This document shows, piece by piece, positions 47,254-57,682 of a DNA stretch of 64,000 nucleotides. The first letter of the stretch is position 1. Each line of letters opens with the position of its first letter. This stretch comes from Gammaproteobacteria bacterium (GTDB lineage Bacteria; Pseudomonadota; Gammaproteobacteria; SZUA-229). The notes beneath the pieces were generated by a model, which saw only the letters and a program-made list of their open reading frames with translations, searched no databases and was not told where the DNA came from. The position numbers and the translations under genes are program-made. The DNA lies in assembly GCA_036567985.1 (NCBI GenBank), contig DATCTK010000022.1, positions 471 to 64,470 of the forward strand, in the 5' to 3' direction.

Positions 47254-47640
47254 GCTATGAGAAGGTGTTTTTCTTAGATAAGTATATTGATGGCTTTATC
47301 TTCGTTTCCGGGTCGTGCTGGAGTGCCGTCCAGGCACATCATCACTCAAAATCACATCCCTGTGATTTTGCCCCTGTGTCGTAAGCATTTTCGGCAAGTG
47401 ACAGGGAAGGTTGTCGCAAGCTCATCGTTTGAGAAGCAATTTGACCGTTGGGTACGAAGCTGTTCCCCTTCACGCAAGCTGATGAACGAGAGATTTTTGT
47501 GGAGGCTTTATTCCGGGCGTCCTGCCCTCCAGCCTTCGGCTCAGGCAGAGCTTGTTTAAATTTGATCCAGTAAAATTTATCTCTTGCCTACACCTTGTTG
47601 CTGTTGGCACTAAACCCATGGAGCGTTTTAGAACAGGCTT

Positions 47641-47700
47641 TCATAAAGAAGTGAGTCGCCAGAGAGGCGAAACGGCACAGTTCAGAATTCCGCGAAGATC
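47641..47700 (+). repeat. Host interspersed repeat, partial copy 3 (distal half), inverted partner of copy 2
   Basis: AAGAAGTGAGTCGCCAGAGAGGCGAAACGGCACAGTTCAGAATTCCGCGAAG matches 37379-37435. Lies immediately 3' of the reductase gene, so it is a possible terminator. Confidence 0.75.
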
Positions 47701-48727
47701 AAACCTTATGCATATCCCTTGTCTCAAACGGATCGGTATGAATATCCTGCATCGCCACGCCTGCAAGGTAAACCCGTTGCTGTAATGATTTCACCATCGC
47801 CGGTGCGCCGCAGAGATACACTTTCCAGCCTTTCAAATCAGAGTTATCGCTGAGCGCCTGATCGCAGCCTTTTCCCTTGAGCACAATTTCTTCCGGCATT
47901 TCACCGGTAATAATGCTGTGGTATTCAATATTCGGTACCTGCGCGGCCAGTTCGTTGAGCTGTTGGTGCAGATACAGTTCCTGCTGGTTAAACGCGCCGT
48001 GGTAAATCTTGATCGGGCCGGTGTGCTGTTTGTGTAATGCATCGCGCACAACGCCGATCAGTGGCGCGAGTCCGGTGCTGGAACCGACCAGTAAAATCGG
48101 TTGCTCGGTGTTTTCACATGAATAAAAGCAGTCGCCCACCGGGCCTTCGATGTCGATGTTGTCATTGACTTCAAAATGGTCCGCCAGCCAGTTGCTGAGA
48201 TCACCACCGGGCATGCGTTTGACATGTAACTCAAGAAACGAGTCTTCACTGGGCAGGCTGGCCAGTGAGTAGCTGCGAATCACGCCGTCTTCGCGTTTTA
48301 GATTAATAAACTGCCCGGCATGGTAATACATGGGAGTAGCGGTTTGCAGGCGCAGCCGGGTGACAGTCGGCGAGAGGGCAGTTTTTTCCAGCAGTCGGGC
48401 ACTCACATACAGCTGTTTGCTGTCGGGTAATTCAACATGCATATCGCTTTGCGGCTTGCACTGGCAGGAGAGGAAATAACCCAGGGTTCGCAGATTGGGT
48501 TTCAATTCGCTTTGCGCTTCAGCCGGAATCTCGCCTTCGCTACAGCGCAACATACAGGTCTGGCAGATACCGGCCTGGCAGGAATAGGGTGCATCGATTT
48601 TATGGCGAATCAGTGCATCCAGCACTGATTCGTTTTCTGCGCACTCGACTGCCTGGTCATTAAAATAAATGGTTGGCATGTCGGGAATCCTAGCGATTGA
48701 GTACGTCGTCTTTGGTGCTGCCGGCAA
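47699..48727 (-). CDS. FNR-family oxidoreductase with N-terminal plant-type 2Fe-2S ferredoxin domain (putative truncated-haemoglobin reductase)
   Basis: 342 aa. CQAGICQTC...C 2Fe-2S motif, RSYSLAS FAD motif, LLVGSSTGLAPL NAD(P) motif. Its start overlaps the trHb gene stop. Confidence 0.8.
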   Translation of the reverse strand: MPAAPKTTYSIARIPDMPTIYFNDQAVECAENESVLDALIRHKIDAPYSCQAGICQTCMLRCSEGEIPAEAQSELKPNLRTLGYFLSCQCKPQSDMHVELPDSKQLYVSARLLEKTALSPTVTRLRLQTATPMYYHAGQFINLKREDGVIRSYSLASLPSEDSFLELHVKRMPGGDLSNWLADHFEVNDNIDIEGPVGDCFYSCENTEQPILLVGSSTGLAPLIGVVRDALHKQHTGPIKIYHGAFNQQELYLHQQLNELAAQVPNIEYHSIITGEMPEEIVLKGKGCDQALSDNSDLKGWKVYLCGAPAMVKSLQQRVYLAGVAMQDIHTDPFETRDMHKV

Positions 48728-49055
48728 TGTTCATTACCTCGGCAATCAGCTCATCTGCCACCTTCAGCTCCTGCAGGGTGGATTGCAGATGACCGGCAAC
48801 CGCATTGAAGTGGTCTTCGTTGAGGCCTTTGGCCACCAGTGGTGCGTGGGCTGTGCGCATGTCGTCGCCGCTGTAGTTATTGGGGCCGCCGAAAGCCATG
48901 GTCAGAAAGGATTTCTGCTTGGCATGTTGTGCCGCCATATCAGTGGTTTCGAAAAAGTGGTTGATGCTGTCATCGGCCAGCACCTTGCGGTAAAAGATAT
49001 CCACGGCGGCGTTTACGGCGGCTTCTCCACCAATTTGGTCAAACAATGAGCTCAT
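48690..49055 (-). CDS. Group I truncated haemoglobin (trHbN)
   Basis: 121 aa. LFDQIGGEAAVNAAVDIFYRKVLADDSINHFF is the canonical trHbN start. Confidence 0.85.
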   Translation of the reverse strand: MSSLFDQIGGEAAVNAAVDIFYRKVLADDSINHFFETTDMAAQHAKQKSFLTMAFGGPNNYSGDDMRTAHAPLVAKGLNEDHFNAVAGHLQSTLQELKVADELIAEVMNIAGSTKDDVLNR

Positions 49056-49167
49056 GTTTTGTCCTGTGTCATTAAAGGGTTAAATTTATTAATATGTATT
49101 CTATATACATATTAAGATGCGGTAGTATAGGGAAGTCGAATTAATTTACAAGTTGTAGTGAGTTTTT

Positions 49168-49608
49168 ATGCAGTTAACACGTCACACCGATTACGCCCTG
49201 CGGGTATTGATGTTTCTTGGCGCGGAGCCTGGGCGTAAGGCCAGCGTGGCGCAAATCGCCAGTTATTTTCGCATCTCGCGCAATCACCTGGTGAAGGTGG
49301 TGCAGGGGCTGACCGAGCACGGCTTTGTCAGCACCGTGCGTGGCAAGCACGGTGGTATGGTGCTGGCACGGGATCCGGCGGATATCACCATCGGTGAAGT
49401 GGTGCGGCGTATGGAAAACCATTTCAACCTGGTGAGCTGTCTGGAGTCATCCAGCGAAATCTGTATGGTGGATAAAACCTGTCCATTGAAGAATATCCTG
49501 CGGCATGCCACCGAAACCTTTCTGCTCGAGCTGGACGCCATTACCCTGGCGGAGGTACTACAGGATGACCTGCGCCGGCAACTGGTAAAAGTCCCGGTTA
49601 ATTTCTGA
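49168..49608 (+). CDS. nsrR: Rrf2-family transcriptional regulator (NsrR-like NO sensor)
   Basis: 146 aa. MQLTRHTDYALRVLMFL Rrf2 HTH, three C-terminal Cys. Divergent from the trHb operon. Confidence 0.8.
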   Translation: MQLTRHTDYALRVLMFLGAEPGRKASVAQIASYFRISRNHLVKVVQGLTEHGFVSTVRGKHGGMVLARDPADITIGEVVRRMENHFNLVSCLESSSEICMVDKTCPLKNILRHATETFLLELDAITLAEVLQDDLRRQLVKVPVNF

Positions 49609-49785
49609 GCCGGCTCCACAGCTTATCTTTTCCATTCGTTTTTTACTCTGCAGTTGCCGGGGCTGATTCAGGGCCCCGACCGCACTCGATGACTGGATGC
49701 GCGGTTCGGCGGCGGTTGAAGCCCTGTTCATAATCTCCCGGCCGAGCAGTCTATAGCCCGCCGATAAAATTCCCGCACTTTTTTA

Positions 49786-49813
49786 CTTGAATCTCGGATA
49801 CCTGCCCCCATAT
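49786..49813 (+). promoter_or_regulatory. Sigma-32 (RpoH) heat-shock promoter of grpE
   Basis: CTTGAA-N14-CCCCATAT (positions 49786-49791 and 49806-49813), 35 bp upstream of the grpE ATG. Confidence 0.7.
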
Positions 49814-49847
49814 GCGCTTCAGTAGTCACATATTTGGAGAGTCTGTA

Positions 49848-50438
49848 ATGTCAAACGAGGAAACCCTCGATAAAAATCAACAAGATACGCAAGGCGATGT
49901 GAACCCTGAGGCGACCGACGAGATTCTTGAATCGGTTGACGAAACAGAGGCACAGGCGCTGTCTCCTGAAGAGCTGATTGACCGACTGGACCAGGCAGAG
50001 AAGAAAGCTTCGGAAAACTGGGATCAGCTGCTGCGCACCAAGGCGGAGATGGATAATATCCGTCGCCGCACCCAGAAAGACCTGGAAAATGCCCACAAGT
50101 ATGCACTGGAAAAGTTTATTGGCGAGCTGCTGGCGGTCAAGGACAGCCTGGAGCTGGGTGTAAACGCGGCGCAGCAGGAGAATGTCACGGTTGACAGTTT
50201 GCGCGAGGGTAGCGAGATGACACTGAGCATGCTGGCCAATGTGTTCGAAAAATTTAATGTGGTTGAGCTGAACCCTGAAGGCGAGAAGTTCAACCCGGAC
50301 CATCACCAGGCAATGTCGATGCAGCCAACGGCTGAAATGGAACCGAATACGGTGATGGCAGTGATGCAGAAAGGCTATTTATTAAACGACCGGCTGGTAC
50401 GTCCGGCGATGGTGATGGTGTCAAAAGCGGCTGAATAG
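49848..50438 (+). CDS. grpE: Nucleotide exchange factor GrpE
   Basis: Start at the ATG after GGAGAG. The track ORF start at 49812 overlaps the promoter -10. Coiled-coil plus conserved C-terminal GrpE domain. Confidence 0.9.
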   Translation: MSNEETLDKNQQDTQGDVNPEATDEILESVDETEAQALSPEELIDRLDQAEKKASENWDQLLRTKAEMDNIRRRTQKDLENAHKYALEKFIGELLAVKDSLELGVNAAQQENVTVDSLREGSEMTLSMLANVFEKFNVVELNPEGEKFNPDHHQAMSMQPTAEMEPNTVMAVMQKGYLLNDRLVRPAMVMVSKAAE

Positions 50439-50442
50439 CCTG

Positions 50443-50469
50443 TTGAAATATAAAAACCCGCCCCTATCT
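50443..50469 (+). promoter_or_regulatory. Probable sigma-32 promoter of dnaK
   Basis: TTGAAA-N12-CCCCTATCT upstream of dnaK. Overlaps a CCCCTA..TAGGGG palindrome. Confidence 0.5.
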
Positions 50470-50511
50470 AGGGGTTAAGTTACGAATTTACGTTTTTTAC
50501 TGGAGTTAAAA

Positions 50512-52437
50512 ATGGGAAAAATTATCGGTATAGATCTGGGTACGACCAACTCTTGTGTCGCAATTATGGATGGTGACAAGCCACGCGTAATTGAAAACTC
50601 GGAAGGTGATCGCACCACCCCGTCGATCATTGCCTTTGGTGACGGTGAAGAAGTGATGGTTGGCCAGTCTGCCAAGCGCCAGGCGGTGACCAACCCTGAA
50701 AACACCCTGTTCGCCATCAAGCGCCTGATCGGCCGTCGTTTCGACGAAGACGTGGTGCAGCGCGACATCAAGCTGGTGCCTTATAAAATTATCAAGGCAG
50801 ACAACGGTGATGCATGGGTTGAGGTCAAGGGCCAGAAGATGGCACCACCGGAAATTTCTGCCCGTGTACTGCAGAAGATGAAGAAAACAGCGGAAGAGTA
50901 CCTGGGTGAAGAAGTCACCGAAGCGGTGGTGACCGTACCGGCCTACTTCAATGACTCACAGCGTCAGGCAACCAAGGACGCAGGCAAGATCGCGGGTCTT
51001 GATGTTAAGCGTATCATTAACGAGCCAACCGCAGCGGCGCTGGCCTATGGTATGGATAAGAAACTCAAGGGTGATAACACCATTGCGGTTTATGACCTGG
51101 GCGGCGGTACCTTCGACGTATCAATTATTGAAATAGCCGATATCGATGGCGAACACCAGTTTGAAGTACTGGCTACCAACGGTGATACCTTCCTGGGTGG
51201 TGAAGACTTCGATATGCGCCTGATCGATTACCTGGCGGACGAATTCAAGAAAGACACCGGCATGGATTTACACAATGATCCACTGGCACTGCAGCGCCTG
51301 AAAGAAGCAGCGGAAAAAGCCAAGATCGAACTGTCATCCAGCCAGCAAACCGATGTCAACCTGCCGTACATCACAGCGGATGCATCAGGTCCCAAGCACC
51401 TGAACATCAAGCTGTCACGTGCCAAGCTGGAATCACTGGTTGATGACCTGGTACAGCGTACCATCGAGCCATGCAAGGTAGCACTGAAAGATGCCGGCCT
51501 GAGTGTGGGTGACATCAACGATGTTATCCTGGTGGGCGGCCAGAGCCGTATGCCCAAGGTTCAGGAAGCGGTTAAGAACTTCTTTGGCAAAGAGCCACGT
51601 AAGGACGTAAACCCGGATGAAGCGGTTGCACTGGGTGCATCGATTCAGGGCGGCGTACTGGGTGGCGATGTCAATGACATCCTGCTGCTGGACGTAACCC
51701 CGCTGTCACTGGGTATAGAAACCATGGGTGGCGTAATGACCAAGCTGGTAGAGAAAAACACCACGATTCCAACCAAGGCATCACAGGTGTTCTCGACTGC
51801 CGATGACAACCAGGGTGCGGTAACCGTGCATGTACTGCAGGGTGAGCGTGAAATTGCCTCCGGTAACAAGTCACTGGGCCGTTTTGACCTGGCAGACATT
51901 CCACCGGCACCACGTGGTGTACCGCAGATTGAAGTGTCCTTCGACATCGATGCCAACGGTATTCTGAATGTATCGGCGAAAGACAAGGCAACCGGCAAGG
52001 AACAGTCAATTGTAATCAAGGCCTCTTCCGGTCTGTCCGATGAAGAAGTGGAAAAAATGGTGAAGGATGCCGAAGCCCATGCGGACGAAGACCGTAAGCA
52101 GAAGGCACTGGTTGAAGCGCGCAACACCGCTGAAAACCTGATTCACGCCACAGAAAAATCACTCAAGGATCTGGGTGACAAGGTGGAAGACGGTGAGAAA
52201 ACCGCGATTGAAGGCGCGATTGCCGAGCTGCGTGAAGCCATGGCAGGTGATGACAAGGACCTGATCGAGCAGAAGACCACGGCGCTGACCGAAGCGGCGG
52301 GCAAGATTGCCGAGAAGGCCTATGCTCAGTCACAGCAGAAAGAAGGCGCGGCAGATGCATCTGCTGATCAGGCTTCATCTGCCGATGACGAAGTGGTTGA
52401 TGCCGAGTTTGAAGAAGTTAAAGACGACAACAAGTAA
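50512..52437 (+). CDS. dnaK: Chaperone DnaK (Hsp70)
   Basis: 641 aa. [20 protein letters not shown] and other canonical Hsp70 motifs. Confidence 0.98.
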   Translation: MGKIIGIDLGTTNSCVAIMDGDKPRVIENSEGDRTTPSIIAFGDGEEVMVGQSAKRQAVTNPENTLFAIKRLIGRRFDEDVVQRDIKLVPYKIIKADNGDAWVEVKGQKMAPPEISARVLQKMKKTAEEYLGEEVTEAVVTVPAYFNDSQRQATKDAGKIAGLDVKRIINEPTAAALAYGMDKKLKGDNTIAVYDLGGGTFDVSIIEIADIDGEHQFEVLATNGDTFLGGEDFDMRLIDYLADEFKKDTGMDLHNDPLALQRLKEAAEKAKIELSSSQQTDVNLPYITADASGPKHLNIKLSRAKLESLVDDLVQRTIEPCKVALKDAGLSVGDINDVILVGGQSRMPKVQEAVKNFFGKEPRKDVNPDEAVALGASIQGGVLGGDVNDILLLDVTPLSLGIETMGGVMTKLVEKNTTIPTKASQVFSTADDNQGAVTVHVLQGEREIASGNKSLGRFDLADIPPAPRGVPQIEVSFDIDANGILNVSAKDKATGKEQSIVIKASSGLSDEEVEKMVKDAEAHADEDRKQKALVEARNTAENLIHATEKSLKDLGDKVEDGEKTAIEGAIAELREAMAGDDKDLIEQKTTALTEAAGKIAEKAYAQSQQKEGAADASADQASSADDEVVDAEFEEVKDDNK

Positions 52438-52528
52438 GGCCGTCTTTTGCCGAAGGGCATTTACCACACCGAAATGCCCGGTTTTTTAAGCCGGGCATTT
52501 TGTGTGTCTAATAGTGTTTAAAAATGAA

Positions 52529-52652
52529 GTCCGCAAATGAACGCAAATGAACGCAAATGAACGCAAATAAAAGCGAATCTTTTTAGTTATTTTTAGCGCC
52601 TGCGGCGCTAAAAACTATAAAATTTGCGTTTATTAGCGTTCATTTGCGGACT
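52529..52652. repeat. Family C composite element: 3x tandem AAATGAACGC + central terminator hairpin + inverted arm GCGTTCATTTGCGGAC
   Basis: Left arm GTCCGCAAATGAACGCAAATGAACGCAAATGAACGCAAATAAAAGCG. Centre TTTTTAGCGCCTGCGGCGCTAAAAA (52590-52614). Right arm TTTGCGTTTATTAGCGTTCATTTGCGGAC. Confidence 0.85.
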
Positions 52653-52680
52653 TAAAAAGTCATAAAAGAGACAGTAGAGC

Positions 52681-53805
52681 ATGTCAAAACGAGATTATTA
52701 CGAAGTTCTGGGTGTCGCCAGGGATGCCAATGACGCGGCGATTAAAAAGGCCTTCAAGCGTCTGGCAATGAAATACCACCCCGACCGCAACCAGGATAAC
52801 CCGGAAGCAATCGACAAGTTCAAGGAAGCCAGGGAAGCCTACGATATCCTCTCGGATGCACAGAAACGTGCGGCCTATGATCAATACGGCCATGCCGGTG
52901 TGGATGGCTCGGCCGGTGCCGGTTTCGGTGGCGGTGGTGCCAATTTCAGTGATATTTTCGGTGATGTATTCGGCGATATCTTTGGTGGTGGCGGTGGTCG
53001 CAGCCGCTCATTCCGCGGCTCCGACCTGCGTTACAATATGGAACTGGGGCTGGAAGATGCAGTGGCGGGAACCACGGTGCAGATCAAGATTCCAACCCTG
53101 GTAGCCTGTAAAACCTGTGATGGCAGTGGCGCTAAAAAAGGCTCGTCGCCGGTTACCTGCAGCACCTGTGGTGGAACCGGTCAGGTACGCATCCAGCAGG
53201 GCTTTTTCTCGGTACAGCAAACCTGTCCCCACTGTCATGGCCAGGGCAAGACCATTACCGACCCCTGTGGTGACTGCCACGGCCAGGGCCGCATAGAAGA
53301 ACGCAAGACCCTGTCAGTTAAGGTACCACCCGGCGTGGATAACGGCGACCGTATTCGCCTGTCCGGCGAAGGCGAGGCAGGGGAGAACGGTGGGCCTCCG
53401 GGGGATCTGTATGTGCAGATTCATGTGATGCCGCATCCGATTTTCGAGCGGGATGGCAGCAATCTACTGTGCCAGGTGCCCATCAGTGTGGCTACTGCTG
53501 CGCTGGGTGGTGAGCTGGAAGTGCCAACCCTTAACGGTCGTGTTAAGCTGAAGATTCCCGCAGAAACCCAGACCGGGCGTATGTTCCGTCTGAAGGGCAA
53601 GGGGGTTAAGCCGGTACGTGGTGGTATTGTTGGTGATCTGATCTGCAAGGTGGTGATTGAAACCCCGGTCAAGCTCACCGCAAAACAGAAAGAACTGTTA
53701 CGCGAGTTTGATGAAAGCGTACACGGTGATAACAAGAACCATAACCCGCAGGGCAGCTCCTGGATGGACGGGGTAAAAAAATTCTTTGACGACATGAAGC
53801 TTTGA
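52681..53805 (+). CDS. dnaJ: Chaperone DnaJ
   Basis: 374 aa. J domain with HPD, Gly/Phe-rich region, four CxxCxGxG zinc-finger repeats. Confidence 0.98.
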   Translation: MSKRDYYEVLGVARDANDAAIKKAFKRLAMKYHPDRNQDNPEAIDKFKEAREAYDILSDAQKRAAYDQYGHAGVDGSAGAGFGGGGANFSDIFGDVFGDIFGGGGGRSRSFRGSDLRYNMELGLEDAVAGTTVQIKIPTLVACKTCDGSGAKKGSSPVTCSTCGGTGQVRIQQGFFSVQQTCPHCHGQGKTITDPCGDCHGQGRIEERKTLSVKVPPGVDNGDRIRLSGEGEAGENGGPPGDLYVQIHVMPHPIFERDGSNLLCQVPISVATAALGGELEVPTLNGRVKLKIPAETQTGRMFRLKGKGVKPVRGGIVGDLICKVVIETPVKLTAKQKELLREFDESVHGDNKNHNPQGSSWMDGVKKFFDDMKL

Positions 53806-54287
53806 TTATGACAACACGCAGAAAATTACTCGCCGCACTAGCGGGTCTCGCCGGTGGCGCCTTACTCAGCCGTAAGGCTGCAGCACAGCAGGATTCAGCC
53901 GAAACGCTGCGCTTTCCCGGTGACCCCACCGAACATAATGTGATCTACCAGCTGAATAAAAGCAGCGAGCAGTACCATGATGCGGTACTGTTTTCGGTGG
54001 GGGAGATGCTGCGCAAATACGGTGACAATATCACCATCGTAGTGACCGCGTTTGGCCCTGGTATTCACCTGCTGGGTAAAAAGCCTGAGCGCATGGTCAC
54101 AGAAAAAAACAAACAAACGGTAAAAAGTCTGGCGGCCTATGGTGTAAAATTCCACGCCTGCGGCAACACCATGGATACGCTTGGCTGGAATCAGTCTAAT
54201 CTGTATGATTTCGCCGAAGTCGTTCAGGTAGGAGCAGCGGATCTGCTGGAGCATCAGGAAAAAGGCTTTGCCTATATCAGCCTGTAG
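53802..54287 (+). CDS. DsrE/DsrF-like family protein with twin-arginine signal peptide
   Basis: 161 aa. [17 protein letters not shown] Tat signal. DsrE-like fold inferred from size and the conserved Cys region (FHACGNTM). Confidence 0.5.
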   Translation: MIMTTRRKLLAALAGLAGGALLSRKAAAQQDSAETLRFPGDPTEHNVIYQLNKSSEQYHDAVLFSVGEMLRKYGDNITIVVTAFGPGIHLLGKKPERMVTEKNKQTVKSLAAYGVKFHACGNTMDTLGWNQSNLYDFAEVVQVGAADLLEHQEKGFAYISL

Positions 54288-54367
54288 CCTGCTGCAGGTT
54301 CGGATGCTATCTGGCCGTTGACGCTTAGGTGCGTGGCGATCAGACGTTATTCCCGCATCACCCGTAA

Positions 54368-55189
<822 letters not shown>

Positions 55190-55223
55190 AAACACGGGTA
55201 AAGCGTATAAAAAAAGCACAAGA

Positions 55224-55352
55224 AAACGCGAATGAACGCAAATGCACGCAAATAAAAAGCAGAAGCATTTAGAGTTCAATGTCAATGTGTTGTAACGCTA
55301 TATAAAATAATATTTGCATTCATTCGCGTTAATTAGCGTTCATTTGCGTTTT
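55224..55352. repeat. Family C composite element (tandem AAATGAACGC/AAATGCACGC left arm, inverted right arm)
   Basis: AAAACGCGAATGAACGCAAATGCACGCAAATAAAAAGC ... GCATTCATTCGCGTTAATTAGCGTTCATTTGCGTTTT. Confidence 0.85.
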
Positions 55353-55394
55353 CTTTTAAAGTTTAAAAAATAATTATTAAATTAAGGTAAATAT

Positions 55395-56333
55395 ATGAAA
55401 TTTGCATGCGTGTTTCCCGGTCAGGGATCACAGGCCATTGGCATGATGGCAGAACTGGCAGAGGCCTATCCAGTGGTTAAGGAACTGTTTGACAAAGCCT
55501 CCGAAGTACTGGGATACGATTTATGGAAGATAGTACAGGAAGGTCCGGCGGAAGAGCTGAATAAAACTGAAATTACCCAGCCGGCGATGCTCACCTCCGG
55601 GGTGGCAGTGTATGAAATTCTCAAATCAAAAATCGATGTGGAGCCGGAGCTGTTTGCCGGCCACAGCCTGGGTGAATACACCGCGCTGGTGTGTGCCGGT
55701 GCGATTGATTTCGCCGATGCGGTGAAACTGGTGTCACAGCGGGGCAAACTGATGCAGGAAGCGGTGCCGCCGGGTATCGGTGCCATGGCGGCAATCCTGG
55801 GGCTGGAAGATGCGGTGATCAAGGACATCTGCAAAACTGCCAGCGATGATAATTTCTCCGTGCAGGCAGTGAATTTCAACTCGCCGGGACAGGTGGTGAT
55901 TGCCGGCAACAAGCAGGCGGTTGAAATGGCAATGGCACTGGCCAAGGAAGCGGGGGCCAAGCGCGCGCTTAAACTGCCGGTGAGTGTGCCTTCCCATTCC
56001 AGCCTGATGGAAGGCGCGGCGCAGCAGCTGGCCGAGTTTATCAAGGCGGAAATCAAAATCAGCAAGCCGGCTAAACCGGTGTTACAGAATGTGACCGCCA
56101 AAGCCTATACGCGCCCGGCGGACATTAGCAAGAACCTGGTGAAGCAATTGCACAACCCGGTGCTCTGGGTCGACACGGTGAACAACCTGCTGGCCGAAGG
56201 CATTGAAGGCATTATCGAGTGTGGCCCCGGCAAGGTGCTGGTGGGGCTGAATAAACGCATTAACAAAGACGTCGCGCATCACACCGTGTGTGATCTGGCC
56301 ACCCTGGACGAAACCGTGCAGGCGTTGGCATAA
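55395..56333 (+). CDS. fabD: Malonyl-CoA:ACP transacylase
   Basis: 312 aa. FPGQGSQ and GHSLGEYTAL active-site motifs. Confidence 0.95.
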   Translation: MKFACVFPGQGSQAIGMMAELAEAYPVVKELFDKASEVLGYDLWKIVQEGPAEELNKTEITQPAMLTSGVAVYEILKSKIDVEPELFAGHSLGEYTALVCAGAIDFADAVKLVSQRGKLMQEAVPPGIGAMAAILGLEDAVIKDICKTASDDNFSVQAVNFNSPGQVVIAGNKQAVEMAMALAKEAGAKRALKLPVSVPSHSSLMEGAAQQLAEFIKAEIKISKPAKPVLQNVTAKAYTRPADISKNLVKQLHNPVLWVDTVNNLLAEGIEGIIECGPGKVLVGLNKRINKDVAHHTVCDLATLDETVQALA

Positions 56334-56351
56334 GCTGCGATCAGTTGAGGA

Positions 56352-57095
56352 ATGAATATGAATCTGGAAAATGAAGTTGCACTGGTCACCGGTGCGAGTC
56401 GCGGCATTGGTAAGGCCATTGCGGAAACCCTGGCCGCAGCAGGCGCGAAAGTGATTGGTACCGCCACCTCGGACAGCGGTGCGGAAAACATCTCCGGCTA
56501 CCTCGCGGCGTCTGGCGGCAAGGGCATGTGCCTGAATGTCACCGATGATGCGTCTATCAAGCAGGTACTGAAAGACATTACGGATGAATTCGGTGCGATC
56601 AGTGTGCTGGTGAACAACGCCGGCATTACCCGTGATAACCTGCTAATGATGATGAAAGACGAACAGTGGGACGAGATTATCCAGACCAATCTGACCTCGG
56701 TATTCAAGTTATCCAAAAGCGTGATTCGCCCGATGATGAAGGCGCGTCACGGCCGCATTATCAATATCGGTTCGGTGGTGGGTTTAACCGGTAACCCGGG
56801 TCAGACCAACTATTCAGCCGCCAAGGCGGGCCTGCTTGGCTTTACCAAATCACTGGCGCGGGAAATCGGTTCGCGTAATATCACGGTGAATACCGTGGCG
56901 CCGGGCTTTATCGACACCGACATGACACGGGAGTTGCCAGAAGAGCAGCGTGAGGCTTTGACCAAACAGATTCCGCTGAACAAACTGGGTGATCCACAGG
57001 ATATTGCCAACGCGGTTGCTTTCCTGGCATCGCCACTGGCAGCCTATATTACCGGTGAAACCATCAATGTGAATGGCGGCATGTACATGCCATAG
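56352..57095 (+). CDS. fabG: 3-oxoacyl-ACP reductase
   Basis: 247 aa. TGASRGIGKAIA Rossmann motif, YSAAKAG catalytic triad region. Confidence 0.95.
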   Translation: MNMNLENEVALVTGASRGIGKAIAETLAAAGAKVIGTATSDSGAENISGYLAASGGKGMCLNVTDDASIKQVLKDITDEFGAISVLVNNAGITRDNLLMMMKDEQWDEIIQTNLTSVFKLSKSVIRPMMKARHGRIINIGSVVGLTGNPGQTNYSAAKAGLLGFTKSLAREIGSRNITVNTVAPGFIDTDMTRELPEEQREALTKQIPLNKLGDPQDIANAVAFLASPLAAYITGETINVNGGMYMP

Positions 57096-57248
57096 GGTGA
57101 TATTTTGCTTTTAAAATATCGTTTAATTAATTGAAATATATGATTTTTTTAGCCTCCCAAATCGCTTAAAAAATAGCTGGTAGTCTGTGGCGTTATTCTC
57201 TAAAATACCGCGCAGCTCACATATATTCGAAATCAAGAGGAAAACTAC

Positions 57249-57482
57249 ATGAGCAGTGTTGAAGAACGCGTTCGCAAAATTGTTATTGAACAGCTAGGTG
57301 TTAAAGAAGATCAGGTAACTAACGAAGCATCTTTCGTTGATGATCTGGGTGCAGATTCACTGGATACCGTTGAACTGGTAATGGCTCTGGAAGAGGAATT
57401 CGAGTGCGAAATTCCTGATGAAGACGCTGAAAAAATTACGACAGTTCAGCAGGCACTGGATTACGTTAACGCTAACAGCTAA
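57249..57482 (+). CDS. acpP: Acyl carrier protein
   Basis: 77 aa. [20 protein letters not shown] phosphopantetheine site. Confidence 0.98.
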   Translation: MSSVEERVRKIVIEQLGVKEDQVTNEASFVDDLGADSLDTVELVMALEEEFECEIPDEDAEKITTVQQALDYVNANS

Positions 57483-57498
57483 TCTGGTCCAAATAAAA

Positions 57499-57525
57499 GG
57501 GCAGGCGTAGTTGCCTGCCCTTTTT
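57499..57525 (+). terminator. Rho-independent terminator after acpP
   Basis: GGGCAGGC-GTAGTT-GCCTGCCC followed by TTTTT. Confidence 0.8.
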
Positions 57526-57682
57526 GCGTTTATGGCGGGGTATAATTCAGGCTCGCCTTACGCAAACCTCTTTTTAATGATTGTTACTGTGCATCAGTCA
57601 CTCTGGGCAGGCCGGAAATATCCTGGGCAGGCTCTGGCTGTGCGCAGTAAACGTTTTTCAAATACACATCTGGAGAGCGCTC

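Noticed and set aside
47142-47559. Track ORFs 47142..47384, 47287..47559 and 47552..47785 in the hrcA-reductase spacer
   Set aside because: They run through the interspersed repeat copies, with poor composition and no RBS. The region is better explained as repeat or non-coding.
52529-52652. Tandem 10-bp repeats considered as a possible CRISPR array
   Set aside because: Repeat unit is only 10 bp, with 3 copies, no spacers and no cas genes. It is part of an interspersed palindromic element.
57581-57682. N-terminal 34 codons of the fabF track ORF
   Set aside because: FabF homology starts at [11 protein letters not shown], preceded by GGAGAG and a TTG. The extension is most likely 5' UTR.
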